Assembly: GCA_016933055.1 (NCBI GenBank)
Contig: JAFGBS010000009.1
Coordinates: 720,001 to 752,000 of the forward strand
DNA from: Promethearchaeota archaeon
GTDB lineage: Archaea; Asgardarchaeota; Lokiarchaeia; Sigyniarchaeales; Promethearchaeaceae
Reading direction: 5' to 3'
DNA: 32,000 bases
The notes under the pieces are model-generated. The model saw nothing but the letters and a program-made list of their open reading frames with translations, made no database searches and was not told where the DNA came from. Shown here piece after piece: positions 8,046-17,308 of the stretch; the first letter of the stretch is position 1, and each line of letters opens with the position of its first letter. The position numbers and the translations under genes were made by a program.

Positions 8046-8894
8046 TTATATTTTTAAACTATCAAGAAATTCGTTCACGACCCTATAATATCCGGAAAAC
8101 GCTTCTCTTCTGATGTTATGACCCACTTTTTCAAAATGTTTCCATCTAACTAAGGGATTAAGTTGTTGAAAATTATGTCCGTCCTTACAAGTCAATAATC
8201 CGCGAGAACTGGTTAAAAGTAACACCGGTTTAGTTAATTTAGGGACCAATTGTTTCCATCGAGGTGCAGAGAATAAAACTCGACCGTTTCGCAAGGGATA
8301 ATGTAAGGAGAATTGACTACTGGCTTCCGCAGCTCCTTGAATATCTTGTTCGTCCCATTTTGGACGAATTCGTTGGATCTTTTTTTGGTATTGTTCCTTA
8401 GGTTTGGGAGTCTGGCGATGTTTATGCATTGCAGAACTAACCTGTCGGGCTTTAAGATTAGCGGTATTCATGATATTTGTTGGAAATGCCGGATCTTCTA
8501 AAACAGAGCCCCTAATTGTATTTTGATTAGTTACGGCCATTGCTGCTACTACTCCCCCCATGCTATGCCCTATTAACACGACATCATCCAAATGTTGTTT
8601 GTCACAAAAATCATACACATCTTGAACTAAATCCTTGTATTTGAGATCACCCATAGGATCTGAAGATTTTCCATGCCCTCGAGCGTCAATTAAGTAAATT
8701 TGGTATTCATTGGCAAATTTACTACCTATACGATCCCAACATAAGCCATTATCTGAAAATCCATGATAAAAGATCAAAGCTGATTTTTTTGAATCGATTT
8801 CATTATGATAATAGTGTATCTTCTTATCCGGATATTTTACAAATGCACTTTTCCACGGATACACGGTGTTCACTTTAATTCTTACTGAATACAT
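8046..8894 (-). CDS. Alpha/beta-fold hydrolase (esterase/lipase-like)
   Basis: FYHGFSD oxyanion region, DARGHGKS, GHSMGG nucleophile elbow, C-terminal VGHNI His. Confidence 0.92.
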   Translation of the reverse strand: MYSVRIKVNTVYPWKSAFVKYPDKKIHYYHNEIDSKKSALIFYHGFSDNGLCWDRIGSKFANEYQIYLIDARGHGKSSDPMGDLKYKDLVQDVYDFCDKQHLDDVVLIGHSMGGVVAAMAVTNQNTIRGSVLEDPAFPTNIMNTANLKARQVSSAMHKHRQTPKPKEQYQKKIQRIRPKWDEQDIQGAAEASSQFSLHYPLRNGRVLFSAPRWKQLVPKLTKPVLLLTSSRGLLTCKDGHNFQQLNPLVRWKHFEKVGHNIRREAFSGYYRVVNEFLDSLKI

Positions 8895-9083
8895 ACCCTA
8901 AAAGAGAATTGATATTTCATATTTTGAATACGGACAAACGCAAGATCTACCAATAATTTTTAGTATAATTTGGAGGTTATATTTTACAAAATCTCATCTC
9001 TCAATAATTTTACGAATAAACCAGAAGAATTTACCTTTTAATATTAGATACCTAAATAATTATCAAACTATGATGTGATAAAA

Positions 9084-9452
9084 ATGGCAAAAGAACCGTT
9101 AGCATTAATCTTGATTATGAATAAAAACGAAATTGGAGAAATAAATATATTAGAGAAATTAAAACCACATCTGACCACTATTGTGAAACATTTGGTCAAA
9201 GAGGGAAATATTACCACCCAAGAGGAATTTAATAAGATCTTAGATGGTGGGTTTGTTCAAGCTATTCGAATGGAAGATGCAGATTACAAAAAACTTCTTA
9301 ATAACGATAACCTTGTTGCTGCAACCGCTATGGACGTATATAAAGCAAATTACCAATTGGAGCCCAATGAGGATGTCGAAGTATTATATTATCCTGAAGA
9401 TAAGAGCCCTTGGGGGTTCAATTTGCACGTATGCGTCATGTACTCTATTTAA
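9084..9452 (+). CDS. Hypothetical protein (122 aa)
   Basis: Protein-like composition and fills the intergenic space. ATG 9084 is preferred over GTG 9075. No family recognised. Confidence 0.7.
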   Translation: MAKEPLALILIMNKNEIGEINILEKLKPHLTTIVKHLVKEGNITTQEEFNKILDGGFVQAIRMEDADYKKLLNNDNLVAATAMDVYKANYQLEPNEDVEVLYYPEDKSPWGFNLHVCVMYSI

Positions 9453-9492
9453 ATTTTCTTATTTTCTAAATTTTAGTAGAAAAAATAGAAAT

Positions 9493-10800
9493 TTATTCAA
9501 GAGAAATCCATTCTTTTTGAATTTCCACCATCTCATCTAGAAACTCATTAATGAAATGTTTTCGAGGGAAGTTTGGATCCGCTTGAAGTGCTTGAACGGC
9601 GAAATCACGAGATTTATGAATAATGGCATTAACTACTAAATCTTGTACAGTCGATTCAATTTTAAGAATATTGACTAAAGGTTCTGGGTAAACTCCAAGT
9701 ACATTTCCATGAACCCCCGATTTATTCACGGTTGCAGGACACTCAACGACCAAATCTTCTGGGAGATTACTAATGATGCCTTTGTTCGGTAAATTTACGG
9801 ATAATTCGTGATGGTTATCATCGGAAAGTATTCCCTCGATAATCGGAATAGCACGTTCATGATCGGGTTTTACTAATTGATTTCCTTTGTCATTTCGAAT
9901 TTTATGTCGAATTCGCTTTCCTATTAGACCTGTAAAGAGTTTATAGAATGTGTAGAAACGTTTAATTCCGATTTTATTGACAACATCTCGTGCCCAACCT
10001 ATGTATTCTCCATAATGTGAATCGGTGGTATAAGGCATGTATCCAAAATATTTGAGTATGTAAGTGGTTAATTTGACGGCTGAACTGAACGGAAAGATGC
10101 GCTGCCATCGTTTAAGATAGGTAACGCCTTTTTCACGAATCTGGGGAAGTAGATCTTCATTCGTTTCCCTATTATTTGCTTCAATAACAGAACCGAAATG
10201 ATTCAATCCCCCGCTCCATAATTCCATATTCTCAAATGGTATTTTTAGTATTTTTGGTAGATGATGCTCTGCGAATGCAATCTCGTGACACAAACCTATG
10301 GTTTTAAGATTAGGATATTTTCGCTTGATAGATAAGCAAATTCTACTCATTGGATTAGAATAATTAATGAATACTGCATTGGGACAGATATGATTGATAT
10401 CCTCACAGATATCAAGAACTTGGGGAACAATTCGTAATGCATGGAACATTCCTCCTGGACCACCGTTTTCTCCAAAAACTTGAGTGCTTCCATATTTCCA
10501 AGGAATTTTCTTATCAATTTCCCACCAATAAAATCGCGGTCCGACTTCGATTGCACTAACTACAAAATTAGCTCCTTTTAGAGCTTCTTTTCTATTTAAA
10601 GTAGATTCTAACGAAAAATTCAGATTATCTTGATCTAGCTTTGCTTGGCAGGCTGCACGAGCATATTCTAAATTCTCTGCATTGATATCATGTAAAGTGA
10701 TAGAAGATCCCTCCAGAATTGAGGAATTGAATATGCTACCACACGTACCGAGTCCGAATTGCAAGGATCCGGCCCCTACAACCACAATTTTTGTTGGCAT
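9493..10800 (-). CDS. Family 4 glycoside hydrolase (NAD+/Mn2+-dependent alpha-galactosidase/alpha-glucosidase type)
   Basis: Rossmann VVGAGS, GENGGPGGMFHALR, NYSNPM, GLCHE (Cys) and GLNH (His). Start refined to ATG 10800 (MPTKIVV). Confidence 0.93.
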   Translation of the reverse strand: MPTKIVVVGAGSLQFGLGTCGSIFNSSILEGSSITLHDINAENLEYARAACQAKLDQDNLNFSLESTLNRKEALKGANFVVSAIEVGPRFYWWEIDKKIPWKYGSTQVFGENGGPGGMFHALRIVPQVLDICEDINHICPNAVFINYSNPMSRICLSIKRKYPNLKTIGLCHEIAFAEHHLPKILKIPFENMELWSGGLNHFGSVIEANNRETNEDLLPQIREKGVTYLKRWQRIFPFSSAVKLTTYILKYFGYMPYTTDSHYGEYIGWARDVVNKIGIKRFYTFYKLFTGLIGKRIRHKIRNDKGNQLVKPDHERAIPIIEGILSDDNHHELSVNLPNKGIISNLPEDLVVECPATVNKSGVHGNVLGVYPEPLVNILKIESTVQDLVVNAIIHKSRDFAVQALQADPNFPRKHFINEFLDEMVEIQKEWISLE

Positions 10801-10988
10801 ACTTGCACAAACTTGAGAAAACAATTAAGGTTTTTTTAATTTCTCAGTTGAGTAAATGGATATAAATTTAGAAATTGTGGTTGTGAGTGATTCAAACGCT
10901 TAAAACGTGCTTTAAAAAAAGACACTTTCAAAATTTATTGAGTAGCAACAACTTTCAACTAATAGTATAAACAATTAAATGAATTGGA

Positions 10989-11714
10989 TTATCTGAAAAT
11001 TTCAGTTGGTGGTTCAATTTCATAAATAGACGTGTTATCTAAAGTTAAAGAATCTATTTTAGCACTCCAAATTGGTGTAATTTGATTTCTTGGTCGTAGG
11101 TAGACTTGAACCCAATCATAAGGTGGTATCATAACATGTTTAGAAATTTCCATTTCCCAGAATAAGGATCTAAACAGATAATGTTCCACAACTAATATTT
11201 GTGGCGCATTTCCACAAAATGACCACTCAGTGCTTGAATTAACATTCGATAATGTCGTGTTTTGTTCGATAAACTCGATAAAAAAATCTCGAATATCAAG
11301 AACATCAGTAGGTAATGAGCAAAACCATTCAATCACTTTCACATTAATTGAGGATCGAGTTTTTATGCTATGTGTGGTTCGAGCTGATAAATGTATCTCA
11401 ATATCTGAATTTAGATGTGAGTTTTCGGGATATAGAAAAATATCCACTACATAATTGGAATTGCCAACAGATATAACGTTATACTCCATAAAGACTGATG
11501 TATTGGTGTCCACTTCAATAAATACTTGCTCTTCATCACTTTCTACTTCAGCTACTACCCATGCAACATGGTCGGGGTAAGATAACATGCTTGAAGGATG
11601 AAATTCTATCTCAATTTTTGGTTTAAAAGAAGGATATAGGATACTCAGTGTAATCGAACTGAGGAAAATAATACTCATTAAAAATATGGTCAGTATTCTG
11701 GATTTCTCTTTCAT
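10989..11714 (-). CDS. Hypothetical exported or membrane-anchored protein
   Basis: Basic N-terminus plus a hydrophobic helix (residues about 7-27), a beta-rich middle region, and an aromatic-rich C-terminal domain (ILVVEHYLF...WEM...HVMIPPYDW). Confidence 0.75.
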   Translation of the reverse strand: MKEKSRILTIFLMSIIFLSSITLSILYPSFKPKIEIEFHPSSMLSYPDHVAWVVAEVESDEEQVFIEVDTNTSVFMEYNVISVGNSNYVVDIFLYPENSHLNSDIEIHLSARTTHSIKTRSSINVKVIEWFCSLPTDVLDIRDFFIEFIEQNTTLSNVNSSTEWSFCGNAPQILVVEHYLFRSLFWEMEISKHVMIPPYDWVQVYLRPRNQITPIWSAKIDSLTLDNTSIYEIEPPTEIFR

Positions 11715-11920
11715 TTTTGATCCTTTAAGTACCCAATTTTATTCTAAATTCTAATAAATAATATTTTACTTAAGACTAAGTATTCGAACATACGATCTAA
11801 TCTATAGAACGTTTCGAGAAAGGAAGTTTAATTTAACTAATCATGAATATTAAAATAATTTTTTAAAGAAGCAAAGGGAGTTAGATCTATACTCATCCTA
11901 TAGAGGAGTTTGAAATACGC

Positions 11921-13831
11921 ATGACAAATTACAAGAAGCTACATAAATTATCAATTAAAAATCCCAATAAATTCTGGGGAAAAATTGCAGAAGAATTATT
12001 TTGGTACAAAAAACCAGAGAAAATTCTAGATGATTCGAATCCACCATTTTTTCGCTGGTTTGTAGGTGGTAGGACAAATCTATGTTATAATGCAATAGAC
12101 CGATGGGCTAAATTAGATAGTCACAAAGATCGGTCGGCTTATATTTATGAAAATCCTGTGAACGGGGTAACAAAATCCATTTCTTATTCAGAATTATTGA
12201 TTTACGTTCAAAACATCGCAGGGTTATTACAACAATTAGGGTTGAAGAAGGGTGACAGAGTCATTTTCTATCTTCCAATGTCAATTGAAGCGTGTGCTGC
12301 TGCCCTTGCTTGTGTTCGACTTGGGATTATTCACTCCATCATTTTTGCAGGATTTTCTAAGGATGCAATCGCAGTAAGAATCGATGATTGTAAACCTAAA
12401 TTAATAATATGCGGGGATGCTCATGAACGTGCAACTAAAATCACCCCATTGAAACAAATTGTGGATGAAGCAATTGAAACTGCGGAATTTAAAGTTCCTA
12501 AAGTATTAGTTGTGAATTTTGGCATAAAACCTTATAGTCCGGTGGAAGGACGAGATTTAGATTGGGAAAAAGAATTAGAAAAATGCCCGATTAAGGAAGT
12601 GGAATGTGTACAACTAAAGAGCGATGATATTTCATATATATTATACACCAGTGGAACCAGTGGAAAACCAAAAGGCGCTGTTAGAGATACTGCAGGTCAC
12701 ATGGTCGCATTATACTATAGTATTTTTTCCTTATATGGGTGCAAGAAAGATTCAATTTACTTCGCCACTAGTGATATAGGTTGGGTTGTGGGTCATTCTT
12801 ATACAATTTACGCACCCTTAATTGCTGGATTAACTTCAATCGTCTACGATGGCACACCACTTCATGGTGCTGGTGGAGAAGAGAATCCAGGAATTTGGTT
12901 CGCCACAATGAGTAAGCTAAAAACCGATGTAGTATTTAGTAGTCCTACCGCATTACGAATGTTACGGAAATATCCAGAGGAATACATAACCAAACATGAT
13001 CTATCTAATTTGAAGTACCTCTTTCTAGCAGGAGAGCCTTTAGATCCTGCCACTTATGAATGGGCTAAGCGCGTTCTTGGAAAAACCCAGATAATTGACA
13101 ACTACTGGCAAACTGAAACAGGATGGCCCGTATTATGTAATCCTGTAGGAGTGGATAATATTCCGATAGTTCCAGGAAGTCCCACTTTCCCTACTTGGGG
13201 TTGGAATCTTTTAGTTGTAGATGAGAATGGTAAGGAAGTAAAACATGATATGAAAGGATATCTAGTTGCCCGACCCCCAACACCCCCTGGCTTTATGATG
13301 ACCCTATGGGAAGATGATGAACGTTTTGTAAAAGCGTACTACCGAGTATTACCCGGAAATTACTATGCAACGGGTGATTACGCTATAAAAAACACAGAAG
13401 GTTATTTCTTCGTGCTTGGCAGAGCAGATGAGGTCATAAAGGTAGCTGCTCATCGCTTGGGAACTCGGGAAATAGAAGAATTACTCAATAGTCACAAAGC
13501 AGTCGCGGAAAACATGGTTATTGGAATTGCGGATGATGTTAAAGGACAAGTACCTATTGTATTAGTCGTTATCAAGCAAGGAATTGAATGGAATGACATT
13601 GTAAAAACTGAACTTCGGGAGACCATCCGAAAAGGAATTGGACCCATAGCAACTCCTAAAGAAATCTTGTGTGTCAGCAGACTTCCAAAAACCCGATCTG
13701 GAAAAGTAATGAGACGAATTATAAAATCGATTGCAGAAGGTAAGGAGATCGGTGATATTAGTACGATTGAAGACAGAACTGCAGTCGAAGAAGTACGAGA
13801 TGCAATTTATTCCGTCATTAAAACTGACTGA
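11921..13831 (+). CDS. prpE: Propionyl-/acetyl-CoA synthetase (AMP-forming), PrpE/Acs type
   Basis: LYTSGTSGKPKG, SDIGWVVGHSY (PrpE-like), DNYWQTETG, GRADEVIK, LPKTRSGK. SD AGGAG upstream. Confidence 0.92.
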   Translation: MTNYKKLHKLSIKNPNKFWGKIAEELFWYKKPEKILDDSNPPFFRWFVGGRTNLCYNAIDRWAKLDSHKDRSAYIYENPVNGVTKSISYSELLIYVQNIAGLLQQLGLKKGDRVIFYLPMSIEACAAALACVRLGIIHSIIFAGFSKDAIAVRIDDCKPKLIICGDAHERATKITPLKQIVDEAIETAEFKVPKVLVVNFGIKPYSPVEGRDLDWEKELEKCPIKEVECVQLKSDDISYILYTSGTSGKPKGAVRDTAGHMVALYYSIFSLYGCKKDSIYFATSDIGWVVGHSYTIYAPLIAGLTSIVYDGTPLHGAGGEENPGIWFATMSKLKTDVVFSSPTALRMLRKYPEEYITKHDLSNLKYLFLAGEPLDPATYEWAKRVLGKTQIIDNYWQTETGWPVLCNPVGVDNIPIVPGSPTFPTWGWNLLVVDENGKEVKHDMKGYLVARPPTPPGFMMTLWEDDERFVKAYYRVLPGNYYATGDYAIKNTEGYFFVLGRADEVIKVAAHRLGTREIEELLNSHKAVAENMVIGIADDVKGQVPIVLVVIKQGIEWNDIVKTELRETIRKGIGPIATPKEILCVSRLPKTRSGKVMRRIIKSIAEGKEIGDISTIEDRTAVEEVRDAIYSVIKTD

Positions 13832-13885
13832 TATTCCAAGAGAAACAATAGCAGTAGGATTTTAAGGAAAAAACCAAGATAATTA

Positions 13886-13905
13886 TTCCCTCCTTCCTTT
13901 TTTTT
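13886..13905 (+). terminator. Pyrimidine/oligo-T tract, likely archaeal intrinsic terminator of prpE
   Basis: TTCCCTCCTTCC followed by T8 (13898-13905), about 55-75 nt after the stop codon. Confidence 0.55.
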
Positions 13906-13964
13906 AATTGATCAACATTTATACGGCTCTTTAGAACGAGAATTGATAAGTTTTAACAGTAAAC

Positions 13965-14111
13965 TATCTTAAAACTACGTCGAATTGACGGCATCAAAAA
14001 TTGACGTATACGTTAAGTGGGTTTAGGCACTCCTACGATAAAAAACCTACAAAATCGTTTACGTTTACGTGTAGATTGATTTTGTAGGCTTTTCAGCGTA
14101 GTTTTTGGATG
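13965..14111 (+). ncRNA. Candidate structured non-coding RNA or palindromic element
   Basis: Closing inverted repeat AAAACTACG (13971-13979)/CGTAGTTTT (14097-14105). It encloses hairpin TTGACG-TATA-CGTTAA (14001-14016) and an 11-bp stem CCTACAAAATC (14046-14056)/GATTTTGTAGG (14078-14088). Mismatches read as G-U on the + strand. Confidence 0.4.
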
Positions 14112-14187
14112 TATATGCTAAGTCAAAATTAGTTAATCATATTTTAAAGGTTAAGAATTTAATAATGAGGGATTCTGGATCCATTAT

Positions 14188-14697
14188 ATGGTACTGATAG
14201 CAGTTTTAGCAGAAAACCTGTATGATACTCGTGAACTCTGGTATCCGACTATACGGATGAAGGAAGCGGGACATACAGTACATATAGTTGGATCGGGGTC
14301 AGCATCTCAATTTCAAAGTAAAGATGGGGTCGTAGTTAAGCCAGATATGAATGTGCAAGATGTGAATCCTGATCAATATGATGCAGTAATTATCCCTGGA
14401 GGATTTAGTCCGGATTATATGCGTAGAGTTCCTGAAATGGTGGAATTTGTGAAGAATATTGGACGATCTGGTACAAAACCCGTTGCAGCGATCTGTCATG
14501 GTGGTTGGATGTTGATTTCAGCAAAACTTATAAAAGGGAGAAAAGTTACGTCCTATTTCTCGATTAAAGATGATATGATGAATGCAGGTGCCACATGGGT
14601 AGACAAACCCGTTGTTGTAGACGGGAACATAATTACTTCTCGTAATCCTGATGATCTCCCTAATTTCTGTCAAGAAATTTTAAAACAATTAAATTAA
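14188..14697 (+). CDS. pfpI: PfpI/DJ-1 family protein (intracellular protease I/glyoxalase III type)
   Basis: DTRELWYP, IPGGFSPD, AAICHG nucleophile elbow, ITSRNPDDL. Confidence 0.93.
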   Translation: MVLIAVLAENLYDTRELWYPTIRMKEAGHTVHIVGSGSASQFQSKDGVVVKPDMNVQDVNPDQYDAVIIPGGFSPDYMRRVPEMVEFVKNIGRSGTKPVAAICHGGWMLISAKLIKGRKVTSYFSIKDDMMNAGATWVDKPVVVDGNIITSRNPDDLPNFCQEILKQLN

Positions 14698-14748
14698 CTC
14701 AGATTACTTTCCAAAATCCTTTTTTTCATAGGTAAGTTTTTATTAGCT

Positions 14749-15537
14749 ATGCTTGAAATTGTGGATGGATTAGATGAATTTGTAGAGAGAGATTTCTGGG
14801 ACTATATTTTACGCGATATACCTCGGTATTTCTTTTTCATCCTTGACCTGAAACATTATCCCGAGGATTGTCATTTCTTAATTGCAAAAAGGGATGGAAT
14901 TATTGTAGGAATATGCTTAATCTGGAAAAATCACATCGCACAAATTCGTAGTGAGGATCCCGAAGTTATCGAAGCTCTTTATCGCGCAATCCCACAAGAA
15001 ATTCCTATCGACGAAATCACTTTTGAAAATCGGTATCGAGATCTATTATTTTCTCTTATTCCAAATCCAATAAAACAAATGTCTCTCCATCGAATGATAC
15101 TACAAAAAGAAAAAATGATACCACGTTATCCTCTAGAAAAACCTTATTCCAAACAGCTTCTTAATCGAGAGGACGTGGATAAAATCGTTGAATTAATGAG
15201 AGTTTCTGATCCAGATCTTTGGGGTTTTACTACTGAAGAAAAATTCACATTCGATGAAAATAAGACCTACACAGGATTATTTGATGGTAATAAATTGATT
15301 TGTTTTACACTAGCATGGGTTGATGAGATCGCAGCTATAATTTCAATTGTAGCAACTCACCCTGATTATCAAAATCAAGGGTTGGCTAGTTATCTCGTTA
15401 ATGAAGCCGTACATATGTTTATGGAGCATACCGAAATAGCAATTATTCATGTTAGAACAGATAATTCACAAGCCATTCGTGTCTATGAAAAAATGGGTTA
15501 TGAAATATATATGACGTATCAAAATGTTCGATTTTAA
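14749..15537 (+). CDS. GNAT-family N-acetyltransferase (C-terminal GNAT/FR47-like domain)
   Basis: VATHPDYQNQGLAS acetyl-CoA motif A and NSQAIRVYEKMGY motif B. Confidence 0.9.
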   Translation: MLEIVDGLDEFVERDFWDYILRDIPRYFFFILDLKHYPEDCHFLIAKRDGIIVGICLIWKNHIAQIRSEDPEVIEALYRAIPQEIPIDEITFENRYRDLLFSLIPNPIKQMSLHRMILQKEKMIPRYPLEKPYSKQLLNREDVDKIVELMRVSDPDLWGFTTEEKFTFDENKTYTGLFDGNKLICFTLAWVDEIAAIISIVATHPDYQNQGLASYLVNEAVHMFMEHTEIAIIHVRTDNSQAIRVYEKMGYEIYMTYQNVRF

Positions 15538-15556
15538 GATGTAAAATGTAAGTAAA

Positions 15557-16594
15557 ATGACAATAAACAGAATTCCCTATTTTAACGCAGCGGGAGAGCC
15601 GTATGAAGTCGGTTTTCAGATAGGTGAGCACTTCAAACATAATATCCATAACATTTTTGAGGATTTGTGGGAGTATCAGGTTCATCAGAAAAGGTATCCT
15701 CAAAAAAAATCGTTTATACAACAGATGTTAAATTTATCCCAAAAATTGTGCCCAAAGATTGTTGAGGAAATTCAAGGGCTTGCAGATGGTTCTGGGAGTG
15801 AATTCATGGATCTATTCGTCCATAACTGCATGCATATGCCCTATTGGTCTAATTGCTCCACAAGTGTATTGAAGCAAGAAAATGCTATTTATATAGCACA
15901 TAATGAAGATGCACATCCGGTACTGGAGAAATATGCTTATTACGTGGTTATACAACCAAAAAATCTTGATTCAATCCCCTTTTTCTCCCATTGCTATCCC
16001 GGAATAGTAGCGGGGATGTCATTTGGATTTAATTTGTCAGGTTTAGTGCAAACATGCAATTCTCTTCCTGATCCTACAAGAAGTATTGGCATCCCCCGAA
16101 TATTCGTAGGGAGATCCACTTATGAAAAAGCCAAAACAATTTCAGATGTGTTGAATATCATTGATAAATTAAAACCACGATCTGGTGGAGCAAGTTATAC
16201 TATTGCATCTCTTTCTGAAATGAATGTGATAAACATAGAAACCACTGGAATAGATCATTGCATACTATCTTTTAAGAAACGATTTTTTCGAGCTAATCAC
16301 TATTTATCAGAGGTGTATAGGCATCATCCAGCGGCATCCCTCCACACATTAGCACGTCAAGAACGGGGTAATTCTATGATTAACTCAATCAGAACCGCTG
16401 ATCAATTATTAAAGATGATGTTGGATAAGTCCATTCGACTCACTATGAGCAGTACTCATAACGAATGTCAAACTAATTCAACCCTTTTGTTTGAGATTAC
16501 AGATAATGATGTTGTCCTTAAAAGATATTTAGGAAAAAACCAAAAAGAATTTGATTTAATTAACATGAGGTATCTGGACTCAAAGCAAGATTAA
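15557..16594 (+). CDS. Peptidase C45 family Ntn-hydrolase/acyltransferase (isopenicillin-N N-acyltransferase-like)
   Basis: GEPYEVGFQIG start, EEIQGLADG, autoprocessing NCSTS followed by AHNED, GFNLSG, RANHY. Confidence 0.9.
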   Translation: MTINRIPYFNAAGEPYEVGFQIGEHFKHNIHNIFEDLWEYQVHQKRYPQKKSFIQQMLNLSQKLCPKIVEEIQGLADGSGSEFMDLFVHNCMHMPYWSNCSTSVLKQENAIYIAHNEDAHPVLEKYAYYVVIQPKNLDSIPFFSHCYPGIVAGMSFGFNLSGLVQTCNSLPDPTRSIGIPRIFVGRSTYEKAKTISDVLNIIDKLKPRSGGASYTIASLSEMNVINIETTGIDHCILSFKKRFFRANHYLSEVYRHHPAASLHTLARQERGNSMINSIRTADQLLKMMLDKSIRLTMSSTHNECQTNSTLLFEITDNDVVLKRYLGKNQKEFDLINMRYLDSKQD

Positions 16595-17244
16595 GGTTTC
16601 ACCAATGATCTTAAAGATGTAAGCAGAAACTCTCTAAATTTTTTCAGTCCATCATTTTCTAATATTGATCCGACCGGCTCTAATATATTACTGTGCATTC
16701 TAAATTCATTCTCCATAGAAGTTGCTCCGTGTATCAATGAAAATATGACATATGATAAATATTCAGAGTCGTCTTTCTTTATTTCCCCAACTTTAATTCC
16801 TTCCTGAATCACTTTTTTAACTACATTAAATGGTTTAATTGGAATATAGTTTTTTTCGATTTCTCCCACTATTTTTGACTTTGGAGCGGGGATAAAAAAT
16901 AACATTTGAAAACTATGAAATTCTTTCTGTGCGTAATCCAAATAGAATAATGTGAGTTTTTCGAGAAGATCTATATAAGAACCTGTAAAATTGGAGTAAA
17001 TATCTTCTAATTTTTCTTTTACTCGTTCAAGATCGTATCGGCGGATAGCAATCCAAAGTTCACGTTTACTTGCTACGTAATTATACAAATTTCCATGAGT
17101 CATACCCAACTCTTTAGCAAGTGTACGCATGGAAAATCCAGATGAACCATGTCTAACAAATAATTTTCTTCCCGTCCTAATGATTTCTTCATATAATTTC
17201 TGTTTATCTTCAGCAGATCGTGCAATTTCTTTTTTCTTTCCCAT
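16591..17244 (-). CDS. TetR/AcrR-family transcriptional regulator (WHG-like C-terminal domain)
   Basis: IIRTGRKLFVRHGSSGFSMRTLAKELGMTHGNLYNYVASKREL helix-turn-helix; FQMLF and IFSLIHG. Start refined to ATG 17244 with SD-like GAGGGG upstream. Confidence 0.93.
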   Translation of the reverse strand: MGKKKEIARSAEDKQKLYEEIIRTGRKLFVRHGSSGFSMRTLAKELGMTHGNLYNYVASKRELWIAIRRYDLERVKEKLEDIYSNFTGSYIDLLEKLTLFYLDYAQKEFHSFQMLFFIPAPKSKIVGEIEKNYIPIKPFNVVKKVIQEGIKVGEIKKDDSEYLSYVIFSLIHGATSMENEFRMHSNILEPVGSILENDGLKKFREFLLTSLRSLVKP

Positions 17245-17308
17245 CAAATTACCCCTCATGAATAAATTTGTTACAATGATGTAGAGATTCAAATGTTTTA
17301 TTATCTTG

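Noticed and set aside
10810-10849. Bulged inverted repeat upstream of the GH4 start
   Set aside because: Needs a 4-nt bulge and is mostly A/T pairs; not distinguishable from background.
11886-11909. TCTATA-N7-TATAGA palindrome and possible SD-sequestering hairpin before prpE
   Set aside because: Stems of only 4-6 bp and no second copy.
13971-14105. Interpretation of the palindromic element as a MITE
   Set aside because: Flanks (TATCTT and TGGATG) show no target-site duplication, no transposase is present, and there is only one copy in the window. Kept as an ncRNA candidate instead.
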